Assembly (NCBI RefSeq): GCF_001194135.2
Contig: NC_068987.1
Coordinates: forward strand, 101,227,830 to 101,291,754
Length of the DNA stretch: 63,925 nucleotides
Source of the DNA: Octopus bimaculoides
Lineage: Eukaryota
Reading direction: 5' to 3'
Shown here: positions 39,802 to 51,670 of the stretch, one piece after another
How the letters are laid out: each line of letters opens with the position of its first letter
Numbering within the stretch: position 1 is the first letter of the stretch
Program-made: the position numbers and the translations under genes
Notes under the pieces: generated by a model
The model's input: only the letters and a program-made list of their open reading frames with translations
What the model was told of the DNA's origin: nothing
Databases searched by the model: none

Positions 39802-39856
39802 TTTCACGTTCACGAACGGGAACGTGAAACTCTGAGCAGAAGTTTTTTGTGATATT
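39802..39856 (+). mobile_element. 5'-truncated copy of the hammerhead-bearing repeat with a 10-bp 5' inversion
   Basis: Matches 7385-7427. Upstream tttcacgttc is the reverse complement of gaacgtgaaa. The cleavage triplet is mutated to GCA. Confidence 0.7.
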
Positions 39857-39891
39857 GTGATATTTCTGTGATTTGCAGCTTTAAGAATAAA

Positions 39892-39931
<40 letters not shown>

Positions 39932-41491
39932 TTAAAGAGACATGACTGTAGATAGGGAGCTTGAGTAAGGTAAGTGACACAAAAGAAACAGATGAAATTT
40001 GAAAGCCAACAGAAATAAGATGAGAAAATTGAAGAGAAGACAGACGGGTAGAAAGAGAGTATGCCGACTTAAAGCAACCTATATTACTTGATGGTAAACT
40101 GAAAAACGTACAATGATGAAGAAGCGGGGACAAATGAAAGTGTAACGCTTATAAATATGCAAAAGTAAGCCAAAAAGGAAAGAAAAAAATGTCAGAAAAA
40201 AAAATTACAGTTTCTCTATTTTTGTTTTTCGCTTTCTTTTCCATCCAATACTTCCATGTTTATATGCTTCACGCTTTCTTGTATAATCTACTTTCTTATT
40301 TTTTATGTCTTTTATTTTTCACCGTCTAGAATTTCAAGTTAGCTTTAGTCACCGAACGTTTTACTATAAGAAGTAATCCTAAGTTTTTCCTATTGTTCTC
40401 TTTCAACTGAAATTCTCATTTTTTTTTTCTTCTCATTTCCATTCCTTTCTAATTTCTTCTTTTTTTTCCATTTCTTTCTTCACTCTTCTGTCTTCCCTTC
40501 CGTCTTCGTCTCTCCGCCTTAACATTTCTTGCTCTCCACCTATATGTCTACCTTTTTTTTCCTTCGCTTACATAACTATCACATCAATCATTATTATATT
40601 TCTGCACTGCCAACCGTTAAACTTTACATATATTAACATTAAATTTTATATCATAATCGTTGAAATCTCATATTATTAATTTTTATAAACCTCGATTTCA
40701 TCAAACTTATAAAATTCTTTATCCCTATTTATTTTTAGCTATTATGTCATAACTAAGTTGTAAAAAGGTATTTTATGGGTCAGCCATTTTTATGATCGTT
40801 AAAGACTTGAAAACACGCTTTCTCTTCAATAAACAGGTTAGGTATTTTCAATGTATAAGTAAGCATCTCAGCAAACGCTTTTGTGTTCCCTTAGATATTT
40901 TACCTTAAGTTTGGGACCTCCTCATGTCCTGCCATTTGATTTTATGTTGTTTGTTATGTCTGGGTTATTTCTTATTCAGAGCTGTTCATTTTTATGAACA
41001 TTCCTGTCGTGGTAATTCCACTGTTATCCTGATACTCCTTCTTCAAATGTTCCAGATTTTGTTGCTGTTATGCTTCTATTTTACTTTTACCTAATTCTAT
41101 TGAAAATCTATTTGGTGTTGAAGTTAAACTGCTTAGTTTAAAGAACCCTTGCCATTTTTCATATCGACGGATTTAGTAAGGATCTAAAATTTCGGGAATT
41201 TTGTAATTTCGATGAATTCATTTTTGGACTGAATTGGTCTGGTGGTGATATGAACTGTACTGTGATACATTGTTCATCATGCGTTGTCTGGTCATCGAAT
41301 AGTAGAGACATTTGCGACATAATCATTGTAAGAGATAACAATCAATACTTTTTAAGAGTATTACGTAGTTGTCATTCAACATTTTTGGCTTTCCATTTTG
41401 ACTTATCATGTTTTAATCGGTATCAGATATTTTTAGATGTCGAGTCGCATTTTCTCTTATAAAACTTTCCCTGTATTATTATTTACATATT

Positions 41492-41710
41492 AAGGCGGTG
41501 AGCTAGCAGAAACGTTAGCACGCCAAGCGAAATGCTAAGCGGTATTTCGTTTGTCTGTCTGTAGGTTCTGAGTTCAAATTTCGCTGAGGTCGACTTTGCC
41601 TTTCATCCTTTCGGGGGCCGATAAACTAAGTACCAGTTGCGTAATGGAGTCGATCTAATCGATTTCCCCATCCCCAAATATTTCGGGCCTTGTGTCTAGA
41701 GTAGAAAAGG
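41492..41710 (+). mobile_element. SINE main family with 16-bp TSD
   Basis: TSD ttattatttacatatt at 41476-41491 and 41711-41726; intact A/B-box-like motifs. Confidence 0.93.
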
Positions 41711-41736
41711 TTATTATTTACATATTTTTTTTCACT

Positions 41737-41952
41737 AAGGCGGCGTGATAACAGGGTCATTACTGCATTGGACAAAATTATAAGCAACATTTCTTCTGTT
41801 CTTTATGTTTTGAGTTGAAGTTCTGCCGATATTGACTCTACTTTTCATCCTTTATATCTACCAAAATAGTACCATTTCAATGCTGAGGTCAATGTGATTG
41901 AGTATCATCTTCCTCTAAAATTGTTTGTCTTCTGCCAAAATTTGAATCTATT
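41737..41952 (+). mobile_element. SINE main family, old diverged copy
   Basis: taaggcggcg head and tttgagttgaagttctgccga; collinear with the neighbouring copy. Confidence 0.65.
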
Positions 41953-41994
41953 ATTTTGTGAGATAGGAATGGAAATACAGAAACAGTACGCTGC

Positions 41995-42738
41995 GTACAT
42001 ACGGGCAGTTTGGAAGAGGGGATTGGCGGGTTGGATAAGGATTGAACGTTGACAGCAGCGGACTGAAGGGGTTAAAGAGTACGTAGGTTCTTCCAGCTGA
42101 GGGACAGGATAGAGAGGTGGAAACAGAGGGTAAATGGATGCTGTTAGGTGAAGGATGGGTATGAAAGAATAGAGTGGACGGCGGTCAATTTGGCAGGCCC
42201 GAGTTTGAGTGTCTTGGCATCTCTATCGAATGAAAAGACTGGCCAAGTAATGAGACTGTCTGAAAGTCACAGCCGCCGCTGCTTAGATGGGAATAAGTGT
42301 TGCTGTGAGAGGAGTGTGAGGAAGACAAGGTATCAAGAAAGAACTGGGTGACAGTGGATTTTAAGAAGACGGCAGTGAAGAGAGAGTAGTCGAGTCGGTT
42401 GTTGAAGATAGAGATGCCTAAGAAGTCAATGAAGGTTTCAGAAATGACGGACGTGAATTAAAAAGTAGGATGAAATGGGTTGAGGAATGAGATGAAGTTA
42501 TTCAGTTGTTCGCAGGAAACAGAGTTCAAGCTGGTGCAGCCGTTTATGTAGTGATCGCATAGCTCTGGGATTGTCCATTGAACTGCGAAAAATTATTGGT
42601 TTCGATGGAGACGATGAATAAGTTAAGACGCTTTTTCGTTCCCATAGTGACTCCAGATACAAAGTGATGTACCTCTCCAACAAATGTGGCGCAGCTCAAA
42701 GAGGGTACGATTTCTGTAAGACAGAGAAGAGTTAGTAC
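41995..42738 (-). mobile_element. Penelope-like element RT relic
   Basis: Minus frames give LTLLCLTEIV...SGVTMGTK...NLFIVSIETNNFSQFNG...HYINGC...NNFISFLNPFHP...ISETFIDFLGISI, the PLE RT pattern G.AMGT.MGP.YANLF...RYIDD...FHP...FLD. Confidence 0.75.
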
Positions 42739-42742
42739 ACTG

Positions 42743-43527
42743 GGTGGATCTAGTTCAAAACGGGGCACCAGTTTTCATTTATGTTTCATGTAGTGTTTTT
42801 GGTACCGAAAGACTTTCAAACTTCGTATACGTATCTATTTTCTGTTATAGAACAGAAAAAAAATTTTGTATTCGAAGTTATTTCATGTAAAAAATTGTCT
42901 TATTTCGATAATTTCAACCAATCACTGACAAGTATTCAGCTGTTTACAGTTACTCCTTTGACAGTTTAAGCGGTTCCTTTGGCAGTGTAAGCGGTGTAAA
43001 GCGTATTTAATCTCCATTACTTCTGACATTTTGCAGAGAGGCAACACACGTGCGTTCGTTTTCCTTCGTTTTATTTTTAATATAATTTCGTTAACATCTG
43101 CCTGAACTGTATGTGTACAACATTTGCCCTAACCCTAACCCTAACCCTAACCTTAACTCTAACCCTAACCCTAACCCTAACCCTAAATCTTCCCTCAAAA
43201 ACCAGGCCTTGTGCCTATAATAGAAAGGTTTATTAGCTACTGCCAATATGCTTCAGCCATTTTTTGACAAGGAAATAATAATTTTATCACCGCCAGAATC
43301 GTTTATTTACGTAGTCAGCACTTACTATATTCGGCTGAATGGACGTCAGTCATTGGTTGAAATTACAGAAATACGACAACTTTAACATGAAATAAGTTGC
43401 AATATAATAATTTTTCTTAAGAAGACTAAGAGAAAAAGATGTTTTATATGACACATTCTACCAGTGTCCCAAGTTTCAAAGTGTTTCGTTAAGAAAATAA
43501 TGGCGCCCTCGTTTTGAACTAGATCCC
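42743..43527. mobile_element. Non-autonomous DNA transposon (MITE-like) inserted in the Penelope relic
   Basis: Imperfect ~28-bp TIRs (ggtggatctagttcaaaacggggcacca / tggcgccctcgttttgaactagatccc) and subterminal inverted tttcaaccaatcactgac / gtcagtcattggttgaaa. Flanks are ACTG / ACTA. The PLE frame resumes across it. Confidence 0.75.
43127..43186. repeat. Interstitial telomere-type repeat (CCCTAA)10
   Basis: Ten hexamers, eight perfect plus CCTTAA and CTCTAA. Confidence 0.95.
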
Positions 43528-43531
43528 ACTA

Positions 43532-43585
43532 GGTTTGAGGATGGGTTGACGATTAGGGAAGTATTGGAGGGTAGGTGAACGTCAA
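43532..43585 (-). mobile_element. Penelope RT relic, upstream continuation
   Basis: Minus strand LQYFPNRQPILKPS joins VLTLLCLTEIV once 42739-43527 is removed. Confidence 0.6.
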
Positions 43586-43680
43586 TTAAACTCAATTGAC
43601 AAAATTCATGCTACTAGTCACTTTGAGTTATTGCATGCATACATACATGACCACATACATACACACATCGATTACGATTA

Positions 43681-43884
43681 TAAGTCTTACAGTTCATCCA
43701 ATAAACGGAAAAGCCTGCTCGTGAAAGTTATCTGACAAGGTGGTCCTTTGAATTACAGATAGTACACATTTTTGCAAGCTGGGTGGACATGAAATAAAGT
43801 ACCTGAATCAAGGAAATAACGCAGCGTCAGGAATCAAACTAACGATCTTGAACCGAATACCCTACAGACTAAGCCACACGCCTT
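43681..43884 (-). mobile_element. tRNA-derived SINE, second-family-like, diverged
   Basis: Minus head aaggcgtgtggcttagtctgtagg; atgaaataaagt...caagg..ac.acgc core shared with 24368-24705. Confidence 0.55.
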
Positions 43885-44228
43885 GCCTTTCTGTATCCTC
43901 TTCTTTTACATACTACATTTTCAACTGAACTTGATAAATATTAGATTGTTGAACTGACTTAATTCACCACGGAACTAAAATTTTACTCGAAACAATCACT
44001 AAATTTTAAATACTTTGTTCTACTGATTGTGCAGAAATATACTACTTCGGCATTTAGTGAGTTATTCAAGAGAGCTTATAGGGTATGTTACGTACAATCT
44101 ATTTTCTGATAGATGACATAGAGAAAATAAAAGATATTCCAGAGAATGTCTTTCCCAGCTGTGACAGAAAATTTGAAGTCAAATATAATGCCAGGAAACT
44201 AATAACAACAACAGCAATAATGATTTTT

Positions 44229-44380
44229 TCCACTAAAAGCACAAGGCCTGAAATTTGGGGGAGAGGGATGGTCAGATACATCGATCCCCAGTACTCAACT
44301 GGTACTTATTTTATCGACCTCGAAAAGATGAACGGCAAAGTCATCCTCGGCGGAATTTGAACTCAGAACATGAAGAAGAA
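44229..44380 (-). mobile_element. SINE main family, 5'-truncated
   Basis: cggcggaatttgaactcagaac and aactggtacttattttatcgac on + strand; tail like 21521. Confidence 0.85.
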
Positions 44381-44398
44381 CAACAAAAATAATAATAA

Positions 44399-44680
44399 TG
44401 GACTCTCCCGTCGATGATGACGTATGAGTGTTCCACTTTTACCGTATGAACTGTATAAAAAAATTGTTTATAGTCATCAAATTTTCATACTGCAGATTAG
44501 CTCCCTCCCTCCTTCAAATCGACATTCACTCTGCAGGTGCACGGTGTCGAAGTATTCGCAGAGCAACGTGAAACGAAGTATTTTCCTCAAGAACACATTG
44601 CACCCTCCGGTCTAGTAATTGAAACCACGATCTCGTGATCGTGAGCGCAACCCCCTATCCACTACAGCTTGCGCACTCAT
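44399..44680 (-). mobile_element. tRNA-derived SINE, second-family-like
   Basis: gagcaacgtgaaa...ctcaagaacac core shared with 24580-24620; tRNA-like head near 44610-44680. Confidence 0.6.
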
Positions 44681-44744
44681 AATAGAAATGATGATGACGA
44701 TGATGATGATGATGATAACAACAGCAACAAGGAAAGAAGAATTA

Positions 44745-45330
44745 ACGTTCGACAAAGCGGTCTTTAGAAATTTGGGAAAATAGTCGACACATTTATGCAT
44801 TGAGTATATCGATTATTGAAAAGCACACAACCTAGTCACAGATTTGTGGATCCAGCGAAATATGGGACTCTTCAAGATCTCGGAATGATTAAGTGCCTGG
44901 TAAGTGCCTGGAAAGTAGATTAAACACGAGTAGAGAAAAGATTAACAGAGGTCTAGATTAGAAAAGGAATCTTTCAAGGGAACAATATTTCCCCTATCTG
45001 CTTCGTATTTTCACTGATCCATTTGTCTAAACAATGCTAACGAATGATACTCGCTGGGAAAATATGAAAAGAAAAGCTAATCATTTATTTATGGATTATT
45101 TAATGCTCAATGCCAAAAACAAGAACCTACGTTAATTTTTAGTCCCAACGCTAAGAATATTTATTAAAGACATTGGTATGACGTTTAGAGAATGAAGCGA
45201 GAGAATTCATTGATAGCACTGGAGTAGAATCCTAGTAACGAGAATATAATATCGTTAAACCCAGAAGAAACGTGTGGGTGAAAATATCAATTACTGTGTA
45301 AGAAACTAATAATTGAAACGGGAAGGATAA
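44745..45330 (+). mobile_element. R4/Dong-like LINE RT relic 1
   Basis: YIDY*KAHNLV..LWI, RKGIFQGNNISPICF, NHLFMDYL and IFIKDIGMTF, like WIDYKKAYD.VPH.WI, GIFQGDSLSPLLF, NHLLFMDDLKL and FS.DIGM.FG. Confidence 0.7.
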
Positions 45331-45369
45331 AGTAATGTTTGTTCATGACAAGGATGCGTTACCACTAAG

Positions 45370-45986
45370 ATTTTGACAGTTTTTCTCACCACCTGGGTCT
45401 TATAAACAATTTCCATGTGTAAGGGATCTAAAAACAGTACGCAGATACACAAAATACGTCATAAGTAAATGGCAGACAATTCAGGAAATACTGATAAAAA
45501 AGGATATCTATAAAAAAACTAAGCCTATAACCACTGAAAAAGGGATATTCCAAGGAGTCCCTCACTCTCACCTCCTACTCTCTCTACTTTATTCCTGCCT
45601 GAGGCTAATCATTTAATTTATAATTCAAATCAAATTGCCATGGGAGAACAATCGACCATCTTTTGTATACGAACGACTGCATGTTTTACGCTGCTGTAGA
45701 CCAAAACAAGAAACTATTGCTGTCAGTACAAAGATTAAGTAGAAGAATTAACTACAAGAGCTGAAATGACAATAGATTTATAAAATATGCTGAAAAGGAG
45801 CCTTAAAGAGAGGAATATAAATGATAATGTGAGGCAGAAAGACATTGGCAACAAAAGTTACTCAAACATAGACTTACGAATATTTAGGAATTAATCAATC
45901 AGATAAAGTATAACTTATATAAATGAAAGAAAGCGTTACGAAGGAGTATTATAAACACAGTAGATATATACTTAATTACAGAGTTA
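45370..45986 (+). mobile_element. R4/Dong-like LINE RT relic 2
   Basis: KGIFQG, IDHLLYTND and EYLGINQSD...MKESVTKEY; covers the same RT segment as relic 1 but is strongly diverged from it. Confidence 0.7.
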
Positions 45987-46380
45987 TTTATATAAGGGCA
46001 TTACTATACAAGAATGCCTCACGCTATGAGGGACTCTAAGGTCAGACTACCATAATAAACACATTTTTACCGAACGCGAGGAAATGCAACTCTCAAAGCT
46101 AGCCCCTTAAAAACAGACTGAATTATAGATCATGATTTCGTAGTTATTGTAGTATCATACAACTTCTACTCGTCAGTACAATATGGTCAAGATACGAGTA
46201 GAAGTTGTATAATACTACAATAACTACGAAATCATGATCTATAATTCAGTCTGATTTTAAGGGGCTAGCTTTGAGAGTTGCATTTCCTCGCGTTCGGTAA
46301 AAATGTGTTTATTACGGTAGTCTGACCTTAGAGTCCCTCATAGCGTGAGGCATTCTTGTATAGTAATACCCTTATATAAA
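45987..46380. repeat. 394-bp near-perfect palindrome (187-bp arms, 20-bp spacer)
   Basis: 45987-46173 versus the reverse complement of 46194-46380: 4 substitutions and no indels by my reading. Confidence 0.95.
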
Positions 46381-47659
46381 AAATATATATTTTGGGGAAG
46401 AAATTATGGATTTTTTCCCATATGAGGTTTTTTTTTTCACGCTTGCTACTTGATAAATTCTTGTAACATAATTCATCCTATTATTGAATAGTTAGAGTTA
46501 AATAGAATAAAATATTATTTGTCAATACTGTAATACTTTATACACACTTTTCTCCATAATATAGAATTTCGTTCCTTAATTTCTACGTCAATAGATGCAA
46601 TCTAAATAACATGCAGAAGACCTTATTTGTTTTGTAGCTATGAAGAAGCAGGGTTAGTGGACAATATCAAGCGGGAAGGACTTTAATTCTTCGGTTAAAC
46701 GTTCATATGCTTTCCTAGGATAATCTGAGGGAGACAGTGTGGTTGGGGTAAGAAATACCTCTCTCCAGTAAACTTGCTTAGAGGTGGGTGGAAGTGGAAC
46801 GTAAATGCTTTTAATTTTCGATCATGACTTGAATTTGAAAAAAAATATTGAGTAAGAATAAATTGCGTTTCCGTTTCTGCCAAATAATAAAGTAGAAGAA
46901 ATCGCAAGTGAGAGAATACACGTTGCTGAAATAAAATAGTAATGTTTTTAACAATAAAAATATAACCATAAAAATAACTTAGTGAAGAAGAAAAAAAATT
47001 ATAATTTTATAAGATCATTGAGAACATTATTGCATACATGAATACATTTGCTATACCCAATATAGCACATTGGTCTTTATGATAGTGGACAGAGGACAGC
47101 ATGTGATTTCGTAACAGTGATATGATATAGCCTGCTTCTTATAGCAGCGCTCAAGACATGATACATTAACTATTTTAAGATACCACAATATTTGATGACA
47201 AATCTGTAATTAAGAGACTACGGGTGATAAGAAGGTGGAGGGGAAAATAAGCAAAGAATATTCCAGAACGCATTTAGAAAACGATTATTAACACGACCTA
47301 TTCATTTCGAAATTCACACGAAAATATATGCTTAATGTAGCTAAGTGTTCACATAACATGCAAATGAATCAATAATTGATGTTTTAATGAAATTCAAGAT
47401 TAAGCAAATAACTAACATATACAAGAACTGAGATCACAAGACAAAGTGAGCCGTTAAACTGAATATAATAACGGTAAACGCACATTTTTGTTTGGCTAAA
47501 AATACGACACGTCCGCGCGCACGCACACACACATACACGCACACACATGCAGAATTTCCACACACACATATACATGATTATACTAATGTGTGTGCATATA
47601 TATATATATATATATATACACACACTTATGTACATACATGTAAACACGTTCGTAACGTA

Positions 47660-47880
47660 ATGGATAATTGGGAGCATTATTAACGTTAGCTATGGCGTTA
47701 GCTAACTTGTACCATCTGGACCAGGCTGATAGCTCTTGAATGATGGCGGCATTAAAATCATGCGTAACGTTATTTTTAAAAGCCATCATTGCACATTCTA
47801 AAAACCACTCATGGTTTCTATAATTGTTAGGGATAAAATTTCATTACAACAGCAATAAGTGTATTGATGGTTGATCCACA
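47660..47880 (-). mobile_element. Helitron Rep/Hel relic (PIF1-type helicase segment)
   Basis: Minus frame PNNYRNHEWFLECAMMAFKNNVTHDFNAAIIQEL...NNAPNYP resembles NY.NH.WL.ERAILA.KN..V...N..I.......A.NYP of Helitron helicases. Confidence 0.65.
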
Positions 47881-48535
47881 ATTTATATATAGATGTTTTC
47901 GATCCAGTTTGGATTCTTTGCAAGCAAATTTGAATTCTTTGCAATCAAATTTGAATTTTTCATAGGGACTTTGTAAGACAAGCTAAAATGCAGAAAGCAG
48001 TCAACAGGCATGCGCTGAAGTGTTGCAAACGGTAGAAAGTAGGAGTCTTCATCCTCGAAAGAATATTCGATGACCACAAATCGATTCGAAGCTAGTTTAT
48101 CGAAATTGGTGCTCAAGCCTTGAAAAAAAAAAGAGTTAAACTACATCAGCCGTAAGGGAATGCATGCCTACCTTATCTAACGCGTCCAGTAGAGCCCACT
48201 GTTACTCGAAGTTCGATATAATGCCGAGCTTGGGACAACAAACCTGAGTTGGATAAAGTCGAATAGTAAGCTCTTTGCTCTTTATAACCGTTTTATGAAG
48301 TCCCTTTTTTTGTTAAAAAATTGTTCAATTTTCATCTCAAATCGAACGGATTGGTTCTTTTAAGGTCACTCTTGGGTAAAGTTCGAATAGAAAGCTCAAA
48401 TAGCATAGTTCTCGAATGAAAACTCTACACCTATCAAGAACTTATGAGCATTACTTTTGCATAATACTATTACTAATAGCAATTCACCATACGTAGGCAT
48501 AGAGGAAAAAATGAGCTCATACTAATCCTGATATA

Positions 48536-49385
48536 ACGACCTGCCTGAATGCGTCCACGTGTCATCTAAGACACGTGCNNNNNNNNNNTGCATGCCATAT
48601 ACAATAGACAGCCTAGTTAAAAGACATACCACTGGGGAGGGAGGATGTAGTATAAACCCGAGCTCTAAAGTAATTTTATGCAATTTTGGGGGAGGGGGAG
48701 GGGTGAAATTACCCTTATGATTAAAAGTTATGATCAACAATTGTTGATTAAATCAGACCAGGTTTATTAGCTATCCTGAGATAAGGGTTTTTTTAATTTT
48801 CCCAACTGATATTTCTCGCTAAAAAGTTGCAGTTTGTAAAAATGTACAAATTATCTTGAATGAATCATTCGTTCATGATCTCCTCATGTTCAAACCGGTC
48901 GACGTAACGGAGCATCTTTTGGTGGAAGCTATCGCAGTATTGATAAGTTATTTCATCGAACTTTTCAGATATCAATTGGTAAAGCTCGGCCTCGTTCTTT
49001 GCCGCGCCTTAGATAACCGAGCGTTTCCAAATGGAGAAAAAGAGTTAAAGTACATCAGCCTTACGGCTGATGTAGTTTAACTCTTTTTTTTTTTATCAAG
49101 GCTTNNNNNNNNNNACGACCTGCCTGAATGCGTCCACGTGTCATCTAAGACACGTGCATGCCATATACAATAGACAGCCTAGTTAAAAGACATACCACTG
49201 GGGAGGGAGGATGTAGTATAAACCCGAGCTCTAAAGTAATTTTATGCAATTTTGGGGGAGGGGGAGGGGTGAAATTACCCTTATGATTAAAAGTTATGAT
49301 CAACAATTGTTGATTAAATCAGACCAGGTTTATTAGCTATCCTGAGATAAGGGTTTTTTTAATTTTCCCAACTGATATTTCTCGC
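48536..49385. other. Probable assembly duplication around 10-N gaps
   Basis: 48536-48819 equals 49115-49385 exactly once the 10 Ns and a 3-bp TGC overlap are removed (271 bp); both copies abut gaps. Confidence 0.8.
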
Positions 49386-49692
49386 NNNNNNNNNNNNNNN
49401 NNNNNNNNNNNNNNNNNNNNNNNNNNNNNNNNNNNNNNNNNNNNNNNNNNNNNNNNNNNNNNNNNNNNNNNNNNNNNNNNNNNNNNNNNNNNNNNNNNNN
49501 NNNNNNNNNNNNNNNNNNNNNNNNNNNNNNNNNNNNNNNNNNNNNNNNNNNNNNNNNNNNNNNNNNNNNNNNNNNNNNNNNNNNNNNNNNNNNNNNNNNN
49601 NNNNNNNNNNNNNNNNNNNNNNNNNNNNNNNNNNNNNNNNNNNNNNNNNNNNNNNNNNNNNNNNNNNNNNNNNNNNNNNNNNNNNNNNNNNN

Positions 49693-49741
<49 letters not shown>

Positions 49742-50450
49742 GATATATGTATGTATGTATGTATATGTTGATGCAATTAAAACAATTGTTGGATTTTTAA
49801 GGTGTGATCTAAAATATAAATATGATTTCCTTCGTATATATTATTCATTGTTGGTAAAACTCTGCATTTCTTAACATTCTGCACAAAGATTGTTAGATTT
49901 ACCTGTCATACATAAGGATTTACCTGGAATTTGTAGTTTACATAAATTTACTGGTATCTACTTGTTGGAAATTTAACCTTACTCCTTTATACTGAGTGCT
50001 TACCTGATATCTGCCAGGATTTTTCAATCCCATTTTTACACGCGCGCACGCATATGTATATATATATTGTTATCGTCTCTCTCAATGACAAGTGCTAACT
50101 GGCACAATGAAATAAAGTCTTTGTAAACGGAGTTGCAGAAACTTATTTAGATAGTGTATCAGGCATGCGAATCGAGAAATGAAGCTTTTTTGTTGTCTCA
50201 GCTATACAGTTTTCTTTGAAGCATGCGCTTAAGTCATTAGCATATTACTGAGAGACTTAGACTGAACTCACAGGAGAACATGAGTGACTCCAACGTTAAT
50301 GGTAAGGAAACGTTTGAAATTTTGTAAAATACGATCGAGGGCCTCTAAACGAGTTAGTAAGATAGAGAGCACTCATTTGATACTTTCAATTTGCCTTGCT
50401 TCAGAACTCATGCATCATTAGATTCTTTACCAATATAGCAGACAAGAACA

Positions 50451-50678
50451 AAGTGGTGAGTTAGCAGAATCGTTTGCACGCAGGACAAAATACTTGCCAG
50501 CATTTCGTGCGTCTTTACATTCTGAGTTCAAATGCTGCCGAGGTCGTGTTTGCTTTTCATTTTTCTTTTATTTCGGGTGCAATCAAAATAATTAGCTGTT
50601 GTACACTGGAATTGATCTAATCGATCTACCCCTCTCCCTGAAATTTTTGACCTTGTACCAAAATTTAGAAGCAATATT
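50451..50678 (+). mobile_element. SINE main family, diverged
   Basis: gagttagcagaatcgtttgcacgc...ttctgagttcaaatgctgccgaggtc. Confidence 0.85.
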
Positions 50679-51670
50679 GAACACAATACCTTCAATATGT
50701 GTTAGATCCAGCGGCACTTTTAAAGTATAATGAACAGTTCTGTCATCTGCGAGTAAAGTACAACAATTCCAGAGGAACCTTCTGGAATAGCAATCTGATT
50801 GAGTGAATGAACATTTTCTCCTTAAGTTGATCATGAGAAAATGTTGCTGGTTCACAAAAACCATTAAAACATATTCATTATGGTGAAGCCAGCAGTTGTT
50901 CCTGTTTGCATAAGCAATTTTTTTTTTTACCTAGAAGTATAAAGCTACAGTCATAATGGGCATCGTTGTAGTAACGTGAATCTATGTTGAAGACTGTTTC
51001 ATATAAGGAAAAAGAGGATGTTAAATTACCTATATTGGGAATTATATTTCTGAAGATGCCTGAGGAGTGGTTAGAGTGTTTCATTATATAAAATATTCCT
51101 TTATTAAACTGGGGCTCAAGTTTAAAACTAGGGAGTAAGTTAACATCTAATTTAACACAGTTAAGGTTTGTAACTAGTCATTTTGTAATTTATTCGTTAT
51201 AGAATATAAGATCATATCCGAGTCTAGCTAGTTCGTGCACGACTAAATATTGATTGATAACCTCTGTATGCACCTTCAGTATATACGTTTATTCATATAC
51301 ATAAATTTATGTGTGTGTGTGGTATGTGTGTGAGTGTGTGGTGTGTGTGTGTGTGTGGTGTGTGAGTGTGTGGTGTCTGTGTGTGTGGTGTGTGTGTGTG
51401 TGTGTGTAGATAAATAGATAGATTGATAAATGCAAGCATCAAATTGACAGTATCATTCGAATGAAATAGTATTCGTTCCAACTCTTAGTGATCTGAATTC
51501 AAACGACACTTATTTCCACTTTGCTTTTTATCCTATTCGTGATTTGTAACACAAACACGCACGCGCACACATAGACACACACACATGCACACACACATGT
51601 ACATACACACTCACACACACATTGACAGAATTGTGTACCCGTAATTTCAGCTAGAATACTCTTTTATCAC

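Noticed and set aside
48536-49385. 271-bp exact direct duplication as LTRs or a biological repeat
   Set aside because: 100% identical, bounded by 10-N placeholder gaps and lacking TG...CA ends; best explained as an assembly overlap.
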